DNA from: Pirellulaceae bacterium
Lineage (GTDB): Bacteria; Planctomycetota; Planctomycetia; Pirellulales; Pirellulaceae
Assembly (NCBI GenBank): GCA_044337705.1
Contig: JBIINB010000002.1
Location: forward strand, 16,920-80,919
Direction: 5' to 3'
DNA length: 64,000 bases
Shown here: positions 18,663-26,479 of the stretch, one piece after another
How the letters are laid out: each line of letters begins with the position of its first letter
Position numbering within the stretch: position 1 is the stretch's first letter
Notes under the pieces: model-generated
Told to the model about the DNA's origin: nothing
Seen by the model: the letters and a program-made list of their open reading frames with translations, nothing else
Databases searched by the model: none
Made by a program: the position numbers and the translations under genes

Positions 18663-19787
18663 TTAGACCGGTAGGTTGAGGTCCTCCAGCCAGAAGCGAA
18701 TCTCCTGATCGTATTCGCTCGCCAGATTGCTCAGAACCAATTGCCGGTGGAATGCGGCGGCTCCGGAATCCGCCAGGTCGGCTGCCTCGGCGCTGGCAAA
18801 ACGTTGGCCTGGGTCAAAAGCGATCAAGCGCTGGCAAAGAGATACCAGCAGGCCATTGCGTTCGACCTCCGGCGGTAGCAATTGATGAAGGTGCTGTGGC
18901 AACTGTTTTTTTTGTTCCAGCAGTTCCGCTGCACTCGAAGGTTGAAGAAATAGCTTTCGGCCAGAGAGCAATTCGACCAGGACATAGCCGAGTGATGCCA
19001 AGTCGCTGCGCGGGGTCGGTCGACTGCCCATCAGCACTTCGGGAGCGGCGTAGGCTGGGGTGCAGTGGTGCTTGGTTGGGGGATCTCTCAAGTCGACTGC
19101 CGATCCCAGATCGATCAGTTTGGCCAGTCCGGTCCGTTTAAGCATCAGGTTGGCAGGTTTGATGTCGCCGTGTACGATCCGTTCTCGGTGCAAGGCTGCC
19201 AGGCCATTCAGGCAGTCGCGGACGACGGCGACGGCAACTCCTGCTTTCAATCGGGAACTGTCTACACCGGCCGTTGCGATCACATCGTTGATGTAGTTCC
19301 ACCGCTGCGGAGTGACCGTTTGGCGGCAATTTTCCAACGTCGCTGGCTCCACCAGTCGCTCCAGATCAAACCCGTCGATCCACTCGGAAACCATGATGCG
19401 AATGCGCGAGCGTTCGATAAAGTCTTGGACATCGATCAAATTATCGTGCTGGATGCCAGCCACCTTGGCAGCGATCGACGCGACACCACGCATCGCTCCT
19501 TCGTACGCCTCCATGGAAGGATACCCCTGGGGCGTAAAGAACTTGACTGCGACGGGGAGGGTGAAATCATCCGAACCACGTCGCCGAGTCAGGAAGACCA
19601 CTCCCTGACCTCCCCGTCCCAGCACCCGCTCCAACCTGAGGTAGGAAGTCCACTGCAATCGATCCCCTTCGATCATGGATCGATAGGTCTTCTGCAGACG
19701 CAGCAACTGTTCGTCGGTTGGGGCATCTCCCCAATGCTCGGTGGCATGCAAGCGATCGACTGGTCTCCCCGACAACTTCTCTTCCAA
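18663..19787 (-). CDS. Hanks-type serine/threonine protein kinase (soluble, kinase domain only)
   Basis: GRGGQGVVF (P-loop), VAVKFF (Lys), HRERIVHGDIKPANLML (catalytic loop), DLGSA (DFG-like), and YAAPE. The only in-frame start before the domain is the TTG at 19787. Confidence 0.85.
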   Translation of the reverse strand: MEEKLSGRPVDRLHATEHWGDAPTDEQLLRLQKTYRSMIEGDRLQWTSYLRLERVLGRGGQGVVFLTRRRGSDDFTLPVAVKFFTPQGYPSMEAYEGAMRGVASIAAKVAGIQHDNLIDVQDFIERSRIRIMVSEWIDGFDLERLVEPATLENCRQTVTPQRWNYINDVIATAGVDSSRLKAGVAVAVVRDCLNGLAALHRERIVHGDIKPANLMLKRTGLAKLIDLGSAVDLRDPPTKHHCTPAYAAPEVLMGSRPTPRSDLASLGYVLVELLSGRKLFLQPSSAAELLEQKKQLPQHLHQLLPPEVERNGLLVSLCQRLIAFDPGQRFASAEAADLADSGAAAFHRQLVLSNLASEYDQEIRFWLEDLNLPV

Positions 19788-19798
19788 GGGTGTCTACC

Positions 19799-22084
19799 TC
19801 ATCGAGTCCAACTCTGCTTGGGGCCATCGCCTTCCCGGTTGGCGGTCGCCCGCTGTGTATCGAACTTTACAGGTTTCTTTCCTTGGGTGCCGACCAACAC
19901 CGCACTGGAGTATGAGGGGAGGATTCGCTGGACGCCATGTGGCACGACGGGGCTTTCGGCTACATCAAGGACCCAGGGCTCTTCGATCGGAACTGAGGTG
20001 TCGACCACCAGATGCCACTGGATCTCATCCGATCCTTCCGGAAGCCGAAACTCCTGGGGCTGGTCGCCAGCGTGGAACCAGACCAGAAGGTGCCTTGGGG
20101 AATGACCCGCGCGGGGATTAGCCGCCGAAGGATCGGGGGCAATCCAACAGGCAAGATGCCGAGCCCCAGTATCCCAGGTCCGATTCCGCCCATCCGGGTC
20201 AAGCCATAGGATATCCGGCCAGGGAGACAGTCCTTCGGGTGCTCCGCGAAAAAATCGATCCGTTTCCAGCTGCGTCAGGCTTTTTCTCAGCTCCACCAGC
20301 CTTGCCACTCCCTCCACCATGGAGTCGTGCTGAGCCATTCGCTGCCAGTCGATCCAGGAAGTCTCATTATCCTGGCAGTAAGCGTTATTGTTTCCTGATT
20401 GCGTCCGACCTCCTTCATCACCGGCGGTCCACATGGGGACACCTTTGGCCAGCAGAAGGTTCACGAAAAAATTTCTCTGCTGTCGGCATCTCAGATGAGC
20501 GATTTCCGGATCGTCCGTTGGGCCTTCGATGCCATGATTCCAGCTGAAGTTCTGATTCTCTCCGTCGCGATTATCCCAACCATTGGCATGATTATGCTTT
20601 TCCTCGTAAGCCACCAGATCGGCCAATGTGTAGCCATCGTGCGATGCGATGAAGTTGACCGAAGCGCTTGGAGGTCGGCCTGAGGACTGGTAAAGATCGG
20701 ACGATCCACTGAATCGCGTTGCAGCCGAACCATCCATCCCTGGATCCCCTCGCCAAAATCTCCGGACATCGTCCCGAAAACGCCCATTCCACTCCGACCA
20801 ACCTTTACCTCCGAAGGATCCCACCTGGTAGGCTCCTGCCGCATCCCACGCTTCGGCGATCCATTTGGTTCCCGACAGCAAGGGATCCCTCTGGATCGCT
20901 TCGATCAGTGGGGATTTTTCTATCAACTGACCGTCGCTGGTGCGGTTCAGGATGCTTGCCAGATCGAACCGAAAGCCGTCGATATGGTACTCATGGACCC
21001 AATGCCGCAATATGGAAATCAGCATTTCGCGGCAGACGGGATCTTGCGCGTGGATCGCGTTTCCACATCCGGAATAGTCGCTGAACTGGTGCGTTTGGCC
21101 ATGCATCAGATAGTAGGCCGAAGCATCGATCCCCTTCCAGCTCAAGACGGTTCCCGACGCACCCTGTTCACAGGTGTGGTTCAGGACGATATCCAGGATC
21201 ACTTCCAGACCTTCAGCATGCAGCGAACGAACCAATTCCTTGAACTCAGTGACTTGAGCTCCTGGATGGGATGACACGGCGTAATGGCGATGTGGAGCGA
21301 AAAAGGCCAGGGGGTCGTACCCCCAGTAGTTCCGCCGGCCAGCATCGCCTCCAAAAACACTTCCCTCCAGAAAGTCCTGCACAGGCATCAACTCGACGGC
21401 CGTCACCCCCATCCTCTTCAAATGATCGACACGATCCAGCAGGCCAAGGAAGGTTCCAGGGCGGGTGGATCGGCTGGATGGATGCTTCGTGAAGCCCCCC
21501 ACGTGCAACTCGTAGATTACCGACTCGTTCCATGGGAGTCCCAGAGGACGATCGCCGCGCCAGTCGAAGCGGTCTTCCAGCACAACGCATTTGGGAGGCC
21601 GGATGATCCCATCGGTCGAGTGCAGGAACTCCCCTGCAAGTGCTTTAGCGTAGGGGTCCAAGAGGCGTGCACTGCCATCGAACCAGAATCCCCGTTCCGG
21701 GTCAAATGGTCCATCCAGCTGAAAATGGTAGAACAGAGTTGTTCGATCGCCTGGCAGGAAGGTGCGCCACAGGCAATCCCCGCTGCGTTCCATCGGTAGC
21801 CGATCCGAAGGGTCGCGCTGCTGGACCTGATCGTAGAGAAGAAGACTTGCCGATGTCGCGTGTCGGCTTGCAACGAGGAACTGGGTGCCGACGATTCTTC
21901 CCTCCTCACGGACCACCATTGCGCCATAGGGAGTGTTGTAGGCTTGCAGCGGGATCAGGCCAGGCGATCGCGTATCGCTACCCAAGTCAGAAGATGCCCA
22001 AGCCACGGTGATTTCCATCCTTAACCGAGTCGAATGCCAACCCCAAACACTCGCGAAAGTCGAATAAAAAACCCTGCCAGTCAT
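19799..22084 (-). CDS. glgX: Glycogen debranching enzyme
   Basis: GH13 motifs: YWGYDP, GFRFDLAS, AEAWD, FIASHDG; isoamylase-type N-terminus. An alternative ATG lies at 22018. Confidence 0.88.
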   Translation of the reverse strand: MTGRVFYSTFASVWGWHSTRLRMEITVAWASSDLGSDTRSPGLIPLQAYNTPYGAMVVREEGRIVGTQFLVASRHATSASLLLYDQVQQRDPSDRLPMERSGDCLWRTFLPGDRTTLFYHFQLDGPFDPERGFWFDGSARLLDPYAKALAGEFLHSTDGIIRPPKCVVLEDRFDWRGDRPLGLPWNESVIYELHVGGFTKHPSSRSTRPGTFLGLLDRVDHLKRMGVTAVELMPVQDFLEGSVFGGDAGRRNYWGYDPLAFFAPHRHYAVSSHPGAQVTEFKELVRSLHAEGLEVILDIVLNHTCEQGASGTVLSWKGIDASAYYLMHGQTHQFSDYSGCGNAIHAQDPVCREMLISILRHWVHEYHIDGFRFDLASILNRTSDGQLIEKSPLIEAIQRDPLLSGTKWIAEAWDAAGAYQVGSFGGKGWSEWNGRFRDDVRRFWRGDPGMDGSAATRFSGSSDLYQSSGRPPSASVNFIASHDGYTLADLVAYEEKHNHANGWDNRDGENQNFSWNHGIEGPTDDPEIAHLRCRQQRNFFVNLLLAKGVPMWTAGDEGGRTQSGNNNAYCQDNETSWIDWQRMAQHDSMVEGVARLVELRKSLTQLETDRFFRGAPEGLSPWPDILWLDPDGRNRTWDTGARHLACWIAPDPSAANPRAGHSPRHLLVWFHAGDQPQEFRLPEGSDEIQWHLVVDTSVPIEEPWVLDVAESPVVPHGVQRILPSYSSAVLVGTQGKKPVKFDTQRATANREGDGPKQSWTR

Positions 22085-22138
22085 CGACTGGCAGGGTCTT
22101 AAACTTCAAGAATCGTTTAGAAACGACTCATGCACAAC

Positions 22139-24178
22139 TTAGTTGCAACCGCAGTCGCCACCAGCCGAAGCGGCAGCACCAGCAGCCTTGCGGCCGTGAT
22201 GATGTCCACCCAGCAGGCCACCACCGAGGATGCCGCCACCACCGAGGATTCGGCCACCGACACCGTTTCCACCGATGACGCTGCCAGCAGCCGAGCTGCT
22301 ACCAGCTGCCGAGCTGCTTCCCAGGCCAATCGCCGATCCGTTCATCACGGGAACGCTGACGGTCTGAGGAACCATGCGGCAGACGGTAACCGGAACCTGC
22401 TCTTCCACGGTGTAAGGAACCGTGACGTTGTAGGTGTCGGTCTTTTCTTCCGAAATGTTGTCGTACACGGTCACCGAGTAGGTGCGGGTACGGGTTTCGG
22501 TGGTGTAGGTGGTGTAAGGAACTTCGCGGGTGCGAGCTTCGGTGTTGTAGGTCGTCTTGGCAACCTGACGGGTCCGAGTCTCATCATTCCACACGGTCTT
22601 GGAGACCTGGCGGGTGCGAGTTTCCTGGTTGTACGAAACCTTGCGAACCTTGCGGGTACGGGTTTCGGTGTTGTAGCTGGTCTTAGGAACCTGACGAGTG
22701 CGGGTTTCGGTGTTGTACGAAACCTTCTTGACCGTGCGAGTACGTGGCTCGGTCTTCATCTCGGTCTTGCTGACCATGCGGGTACGGGTTTCGGTATTGT
22801 ACGAAACCTTCTTGACCGTACGAGTACGAGTCTCGGTGTTCATGCTCACCTTCTTGACGGTGCGCGTGCGAGTCTCGCTCTTCATCTCGGTCTTGGCAAC
22901 CTGACGGGTGCGGGTTTCGTCGTTGTAGGAAACCTTCTTGACCGTACGAGTACGAGTCTCTGGGCGAGACAGCGTCACATTGTAGGTGTAGGTTTCTTCC
23001 GATGACTGGTTCTGGTAGGTGGTGCAAGGAATTTCTTCCGTGACCACGTTAGGAACCCAGACGCGCCGGCAAACAGTGCGAGTTGCAGGAGCTGCGACTT
23101 CGCCGCATCCGCCACAACCAGCGCTGGCACCGCCGCAACCGCTGTCGCATCCGCCACAGCCGCTCGAAGCACCGCCGCAACCGCCGCAACCATTGCCAGC
23201 CGAAGCTGCAACGCCGTTGCCGCAACCGTTGCCAACAGCAACTTCTTCCATCACCGTCTGGTACGAACCACGGTCACGGGTTACCGTGCGCGAGGTGGTC
23301 ACAGGAACGCGTCGGCAAACCGTACGGGTGCCGGTGCGCTGCTCGGTGTAAGGAACATTGACGGTGTATTCCTGAACTTCATCGGTGTAGACAGGAACCT
23401 TCACGGTGTAGGTCTGGTCGACCATGGTGGTCACCGGAACCTGAACGGTGTATTCCTGAACTTCATCGGTGTAGACGGGAACCTGAACGGTGTATTCCTG
23501 GACTTCGTCAGTCGTCACCGGAACCTGAACCGTGTATTCCTGTGGAACCTGAGTGGTCACAGGAACCGTGACGGTGTATTCCTGGACTTCGTCGGTGTAG
23601 ACAGGAACCTGAACGGTGTACTGCTCGTCGACCATGGTGGTCACCGGCACCTGCACCGTGTAGGACTCATCCACATCGTTGTAGACAGGAACAGTCACCT
23701 GATACTCTTGGGTTTCCTGGACGGTCGAGGGGACGCGGACCGTGTAGGTCTGGTCTTCCATCGTGGTCACAGGGACGGTCACGTTGTACGTTTCCGTACG
23801 GGTTTCCGTCTTGGGAACCTGGACCGTGTAGTCCTGGGTTCGCTCTTCGGTCCGTGGGACACGGCGAGTCACCGTGTAGGTCCGAGTTCGCTGCTCGACC
23901 CGGGTCAGGGTCTTGGTCACAGATCGCATTTCGGTGAACTGCTGAGGCACCATCACGGTCCGCTCAACGTAGCTGATGCCCGAGCCACAATTGCCCGAAC
24001 CGTCGCCGACGATTGCGCCTTCCGCTCCTGCGCCCGCTCCGCCACCAACGCCACTGGAAACGACGGCACCGTCGCCGCATCCACTGCAACCGCCGCATCC
24101 ACCGCAGTCAGCGGATACGTTGCCGACGCCATACATCATGGCGGTCAGGCCGAAGAGAAACAACCGACGCAACTTCAT
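22139..24178 (-). CDS. Secreted YTV-repeat / ETRTR-repeat Cys-Gly-rich protein (putative cell-envelope structural protein)
   Basis: GGAGAG lies 5 nt before the ATG. Signal peptide ending in VSA|D. CGGC clusters occur at residues 25-35, 316-360 and 675-678. There are about 13 YTVxVPV repeats (residues 101-280) and about 12 ETRTRxVxK repeats (residues 407-567), followed by a Gly-rich tail. Confidence 0.9.
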   Translation of the reverse strand: MKLRRLFLFGLTAMMYGVGNVSADCGGCGGCSGCGDGAVVSSGVGGGAGAGAEGAIVGDGSGNCGSGISYVERTVMVPQQFTEMRSVTKTLTRVEQRTRTYTVTRRVPRTEERTQDYTVQVPKTETRTETYNVTVPVTTMEDQTYTVRVPSTVQETQEYQVTVPVYNDVDESYTVQVPVTTMVDEQYTVQVPVYTDEVQEYTVTVPVTTQVPQEYTVQVPVTTDEVQEYTVQVPVYTDEVQEYTVQVPVTTMVDQTYTVKVPVYTDEVQEYTVNVPYTEQRTGTRTVCRRVPVTTSRTVTRDRGSYQTVMEEVAVGNGCGNGVAASAGNGCGGCGGASSGCGGCDSGCGGASAGCGGCGEVAAPATRTVCRRVWVPNVVTEEIPCTTYQNQSSEETYTYNVTLSRPETRTRTVKKVSYNDETRTRQVAKTEMKSETRTRTVKKVSMNTETRTRTVKKVSYNTETRTRMVSKTEMKTEPRTRTVKKVSYNTETRTRQVPKTSYNTETRTRKVRKVSYNQETRTRQVSKTVWNDETRTRQVAKTTYNTEARTREVPYTTYTTETRTRTYSVTVYDNISEEKTDTYNVTVPYTVEEQVPVTVCRMVPQTVSVPVMNGSAIGLGSSSAAGSSSAAGSVIGGNGVGGRILGGGGILGGGLLGGHHHGRKAAGAAASAGGDCGCN
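22478..22960 (-). repeat. In-frame 42-bp (14-aa) tandem array encoding ETRTR(T/Q)VxK(V/T)SYN(T/D) units, with 84-bp higher-order periodicity
   Basis: The 30-nt blocks at 22715-22744, 22799-22828 and 22925-22954 differ from each other by 1-2 nt. Offsets are 84 and 126 bp. Confidence 0.9.
23339..23878 (-). repeat. In-frame 42-bp (14-aa) tandem array encoding YTV(Q/T)VPV(Y/T)T(D/M)xxQE units, with 84-bp higher-order periodicity
   Basis: The 40-nt blocks at 23360-23399, 23444-23483 and 23570-23609 are identical at 38-39 of 40 positions. Offsets are 84 and 126 bp. Confidence 0.9.
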
Positions 24179-24871
24179 CGAGACTCTCCTGAAACAAGAA
24201 AACGAGGGACAATTCCAACCAATTCTCTCAAGGCAACCTAAAGCACCCGGACCTCTCAGATAGAAAAAGCTCCCAAGTCGCCCCAGAACATCCGCTTATC
24301 CTAAACCAGAAAAACTTCCTAGTCAAACATCGTGATGCTAGCATTCAGGGAAAATTTTCTATCTTGGCAGACCGATTGATTCCGTCTGTATTAGTTGATC
24401 CGATTGTTACCAATTCCACCGATTCCAAAAAGGAGGGGAGTCCGCCAAAAGAGCTGTCTTCCCGGAAAATTTTTCCTAGACCACTCAAAGTGACAATCGC
24501 CATTGTGCCTCTGGATTCGATTTTTGGCCATCCTTGGTCGTTCGGTAGAGCCATCCAGCAGCCTTGGGGTTTGAACTTGTGGAGAATAGAGCCGAACAGT
24601 CATGATGAGCGTCGGTTGGCCTCCCCAGCGACCCGCCGGCCTCTGGTCCCCGATGGGGCAGGAAAATTCGATGACTTTTGGAAGTCGAATCGATTCCCCA
24701 ACGTTCGTTTCGGGCCACCATTTTTTGCCGACGGAACCGACTGCGTTCCGAGCACCGATGGAGAGGTGAACGACAGACGCTATTAAGATCTTTTTCTTTT
24801 TGACACCGAATCGAACGCGCTTTGGCTTGGGCAGACCGAACTCCGCCTTGGGGCGCCAGGACTTTTCGAAC

Positions 24872-26479
24872 ATGAAACTTTGGTTTGAGCGGATCGTTTT
24901 TGGGGTTTTGTTCCCACTTTTACTTCTCGCCGGTGGCTTTGCGACCTACATCGCTTTGGGGAAGGCGGAGCCGAAGCAGATGGTCTCCACCGCCAGTGAT
25001 GCCGCTTCGAGGTTGCTCACATTCCCGATCGTCCAAATCGCATCGTCACTTCCCTTTGATCAGGATCGCTCTCTGGACCTAGACCTCAATGGCCTAGTGG
25101 TCCCTTTTCGACAGATCACCGTAGCCGCCGAGGTCGCGGGGCGAATCGCTATGAAGGCGGAGAACTGCCGTGCGGGTCGGTATGTCGAAGAGGGAGAACT
25201 GCTCTACCAACTCGATCCTCGCGACTTCCAATTGGACTTGGAGCGATTGAGCAAGTTGCGGGATCAGGAGTACGCCACGTTGCGGGAGTGGGAGCAAGAA
25301 AAAGCCAACGTGCAAAAGTCGCAGCAGTTGGCTTTGGAGGAATTGGCCATTCAGGAACGGGAAATCGCTCGGCTTGAAAAACTCCCCGCGGGGTTTGCCT
25401 CCGAGACCGAATTGGATCAGGCACGTAGAGTTCGCATCGCCAGTGCCAATCAAGCGCAGTCCTTCACCAATCAGTTGGCTCTCTTGGACAGTCGCCGACA
25501 GCGCCTGGAACTCGCGCAGCAACTGGTCGCTACCCAGTTGCAGCAAGCACAACTGAATCTGGCGAGGACCGAGATCCGAGCCCCGGTGGCGGGATTGATC
25601 GTGCGGGAGATGGCAGAGAGTGATTCCTACGTCCAGAAGGGAGCAACACTCTGCGAAATCGAAGACACTTCCAAGGCCGAAGTCAAATGCAACATGCGGA
25701 TGGACCAGCTGATGCTGGTGCTGGATCAGAAATCGGAAAAGGAACAGGCCGACAAGGATCCCAATGAGCGATACCTGTTGCCTCCGACACCTGTTTCGAT
25801 TGTCTATCGCGTTGCGGGGCGCGAAAACGAAGCGTTTCAGTGGCAAGGGCGACTGAGCCGCTACGAGGGGGTTGGTATCGACCCCCAGACTCGCACCGTC
25901 CCGGTTCGAATCACGGTCGACCGCCCAGGGGATTTCCGGCGAGGACAGGCGGAGGAGAGCGAAAGCACAGCTACGCCACCGGCGCTCGTCCGCGGCATGT
26001 TCGTCGATGTCATTCTGCATCTGGTGCCACAGCGAAATTTTGTGCTGATACCGAAGCTTGGACTGCGCCCCGGCAATCAGCTATGGAAGGCTGAGCGCAG
26101 TGATGGCTGGAAAGCCCTGACCGATCCCTCTGCCAGCCCGGCAGAACTTCCTCCTACGGCTGAGACGCGCGACCCGATGGACCGCTGGGAAGTGGGCAAT
26201 CTTGCATCGGTGGATCATATCGAAGCGGTGCGAACCATCCAGATCCCCAACCCATCGGGGATCGGTCATTCGGATTTTTGGATCGTCGAATCGCAGGAGG
26301 GGTTGCGAGGGGGCGAGTTGATCGTCACCTCGCCCCTGGCAACTGTCCGCGGTGACGGAACCGACTGGGTCCGTTGGCAGAAAGATCCAGTTTCATCGGC
26401 CAGTGAGTCGAATCGGCGGGAAGGCTCAGAAGTATCGGGCAACCCCCAAGCCTCCCGTAGGACGCAAGGAGATCAGTGA
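24872..26479 (+). CDS. Efflux RND periplasmic adaptor (HlyD/MFP family)
   Basis: N-terminal TM segment, then AEVAGRI...V.EG..L..LD (lipoyl-like), long coiled-coil hairpins, and IRAPVAGLIV. It overlaps the start of the RND permease gene. The ATG at 24872 is preferred over the TTG at 24800. Confidence 0.8.
   Translation: MKLWFERIVFGVLFPLLLLAGGFATYIALGKAEPKQMVSTASDAASRLLTFPIVQIASSLPFDQDRSLDLDLNGLVVPFRQITVAAEVAGRIAMKAENCRAGRYVEEGELLYQLDPRDFQLDLERLSKLRDQEYATLREWEQEKANVQKSQQLALEELAIQEREIARLEKLPAGFASETELDQARRVRIASANQAQSFTNQLALLDSRRQRLELAQQLVATQLQQAQLNLARTEIRAPVAGLIVREMAESDSYVQKGATLCEIEDTSKAEVKCNMRMDQLMLVLDQKSEKEQADKDPNERYLLPPTPVSIVYRVAGRENEAFQWQGRLSRYEGVGIDPQTRTVPVRITVDRPGDFRRGQAEESESTATPPALVRGMFVDVILHLVPQRNFVLIPKLGLRPGNQLWKAERSDGWKALTDPSASPAELPPTAETRDPMDRWEVGNLASVDHIEAVRTIQIPNPSGIGHSDFWIVESQEGLRGGELIVTSPLATVRGDGTDWVRWQKDPVSSASESNRREGSEVSGNPQASRRTQGDQ

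Noticed and set aside
19065-20105. 346-aa plus-strand ORF.
   Set aside because: It is antisense to the kinase and glgX genes and spans their junction. Its composition is Arg/Ser/Pro/Gly-rich, as is typical of off-frame GC-rich DNA.
22130-23005. 291-aa plus-strand ORF antisense to the YTV gene. The shorter ORFs at 22698-22904, 23019-23351 and 23708-24241 are similar cases.
   Set aside because: These are artefacts of the periodic, stop-poor repeat sequence. The translations are low-complexity (GVRNL..., VRVSV...) and have no start context, whereas the minus-strand frame has an SD sequence, a signal peptide and a coherent architecture.
22478-23878. Regularly spaced direct repeats that could suggest a CRISPR array.
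   Set aside because: The period is 42 bp with no unique spacers. The repeats are contiguous, in-frame coding units of one long ORF, and no cas genes are nearby.
24364-24873. Two mutually overlapping ORFs (140 aa on the plus strand, 160 aa on the minus strand) in the YTV/RND intergenic region, considered as a possible missing regulator.
   Set aside because: Neither has a helix-turn-helix or any other recognisable motif. Neither has a convincing start context. Their mutual overlap suggests both arose by chance.
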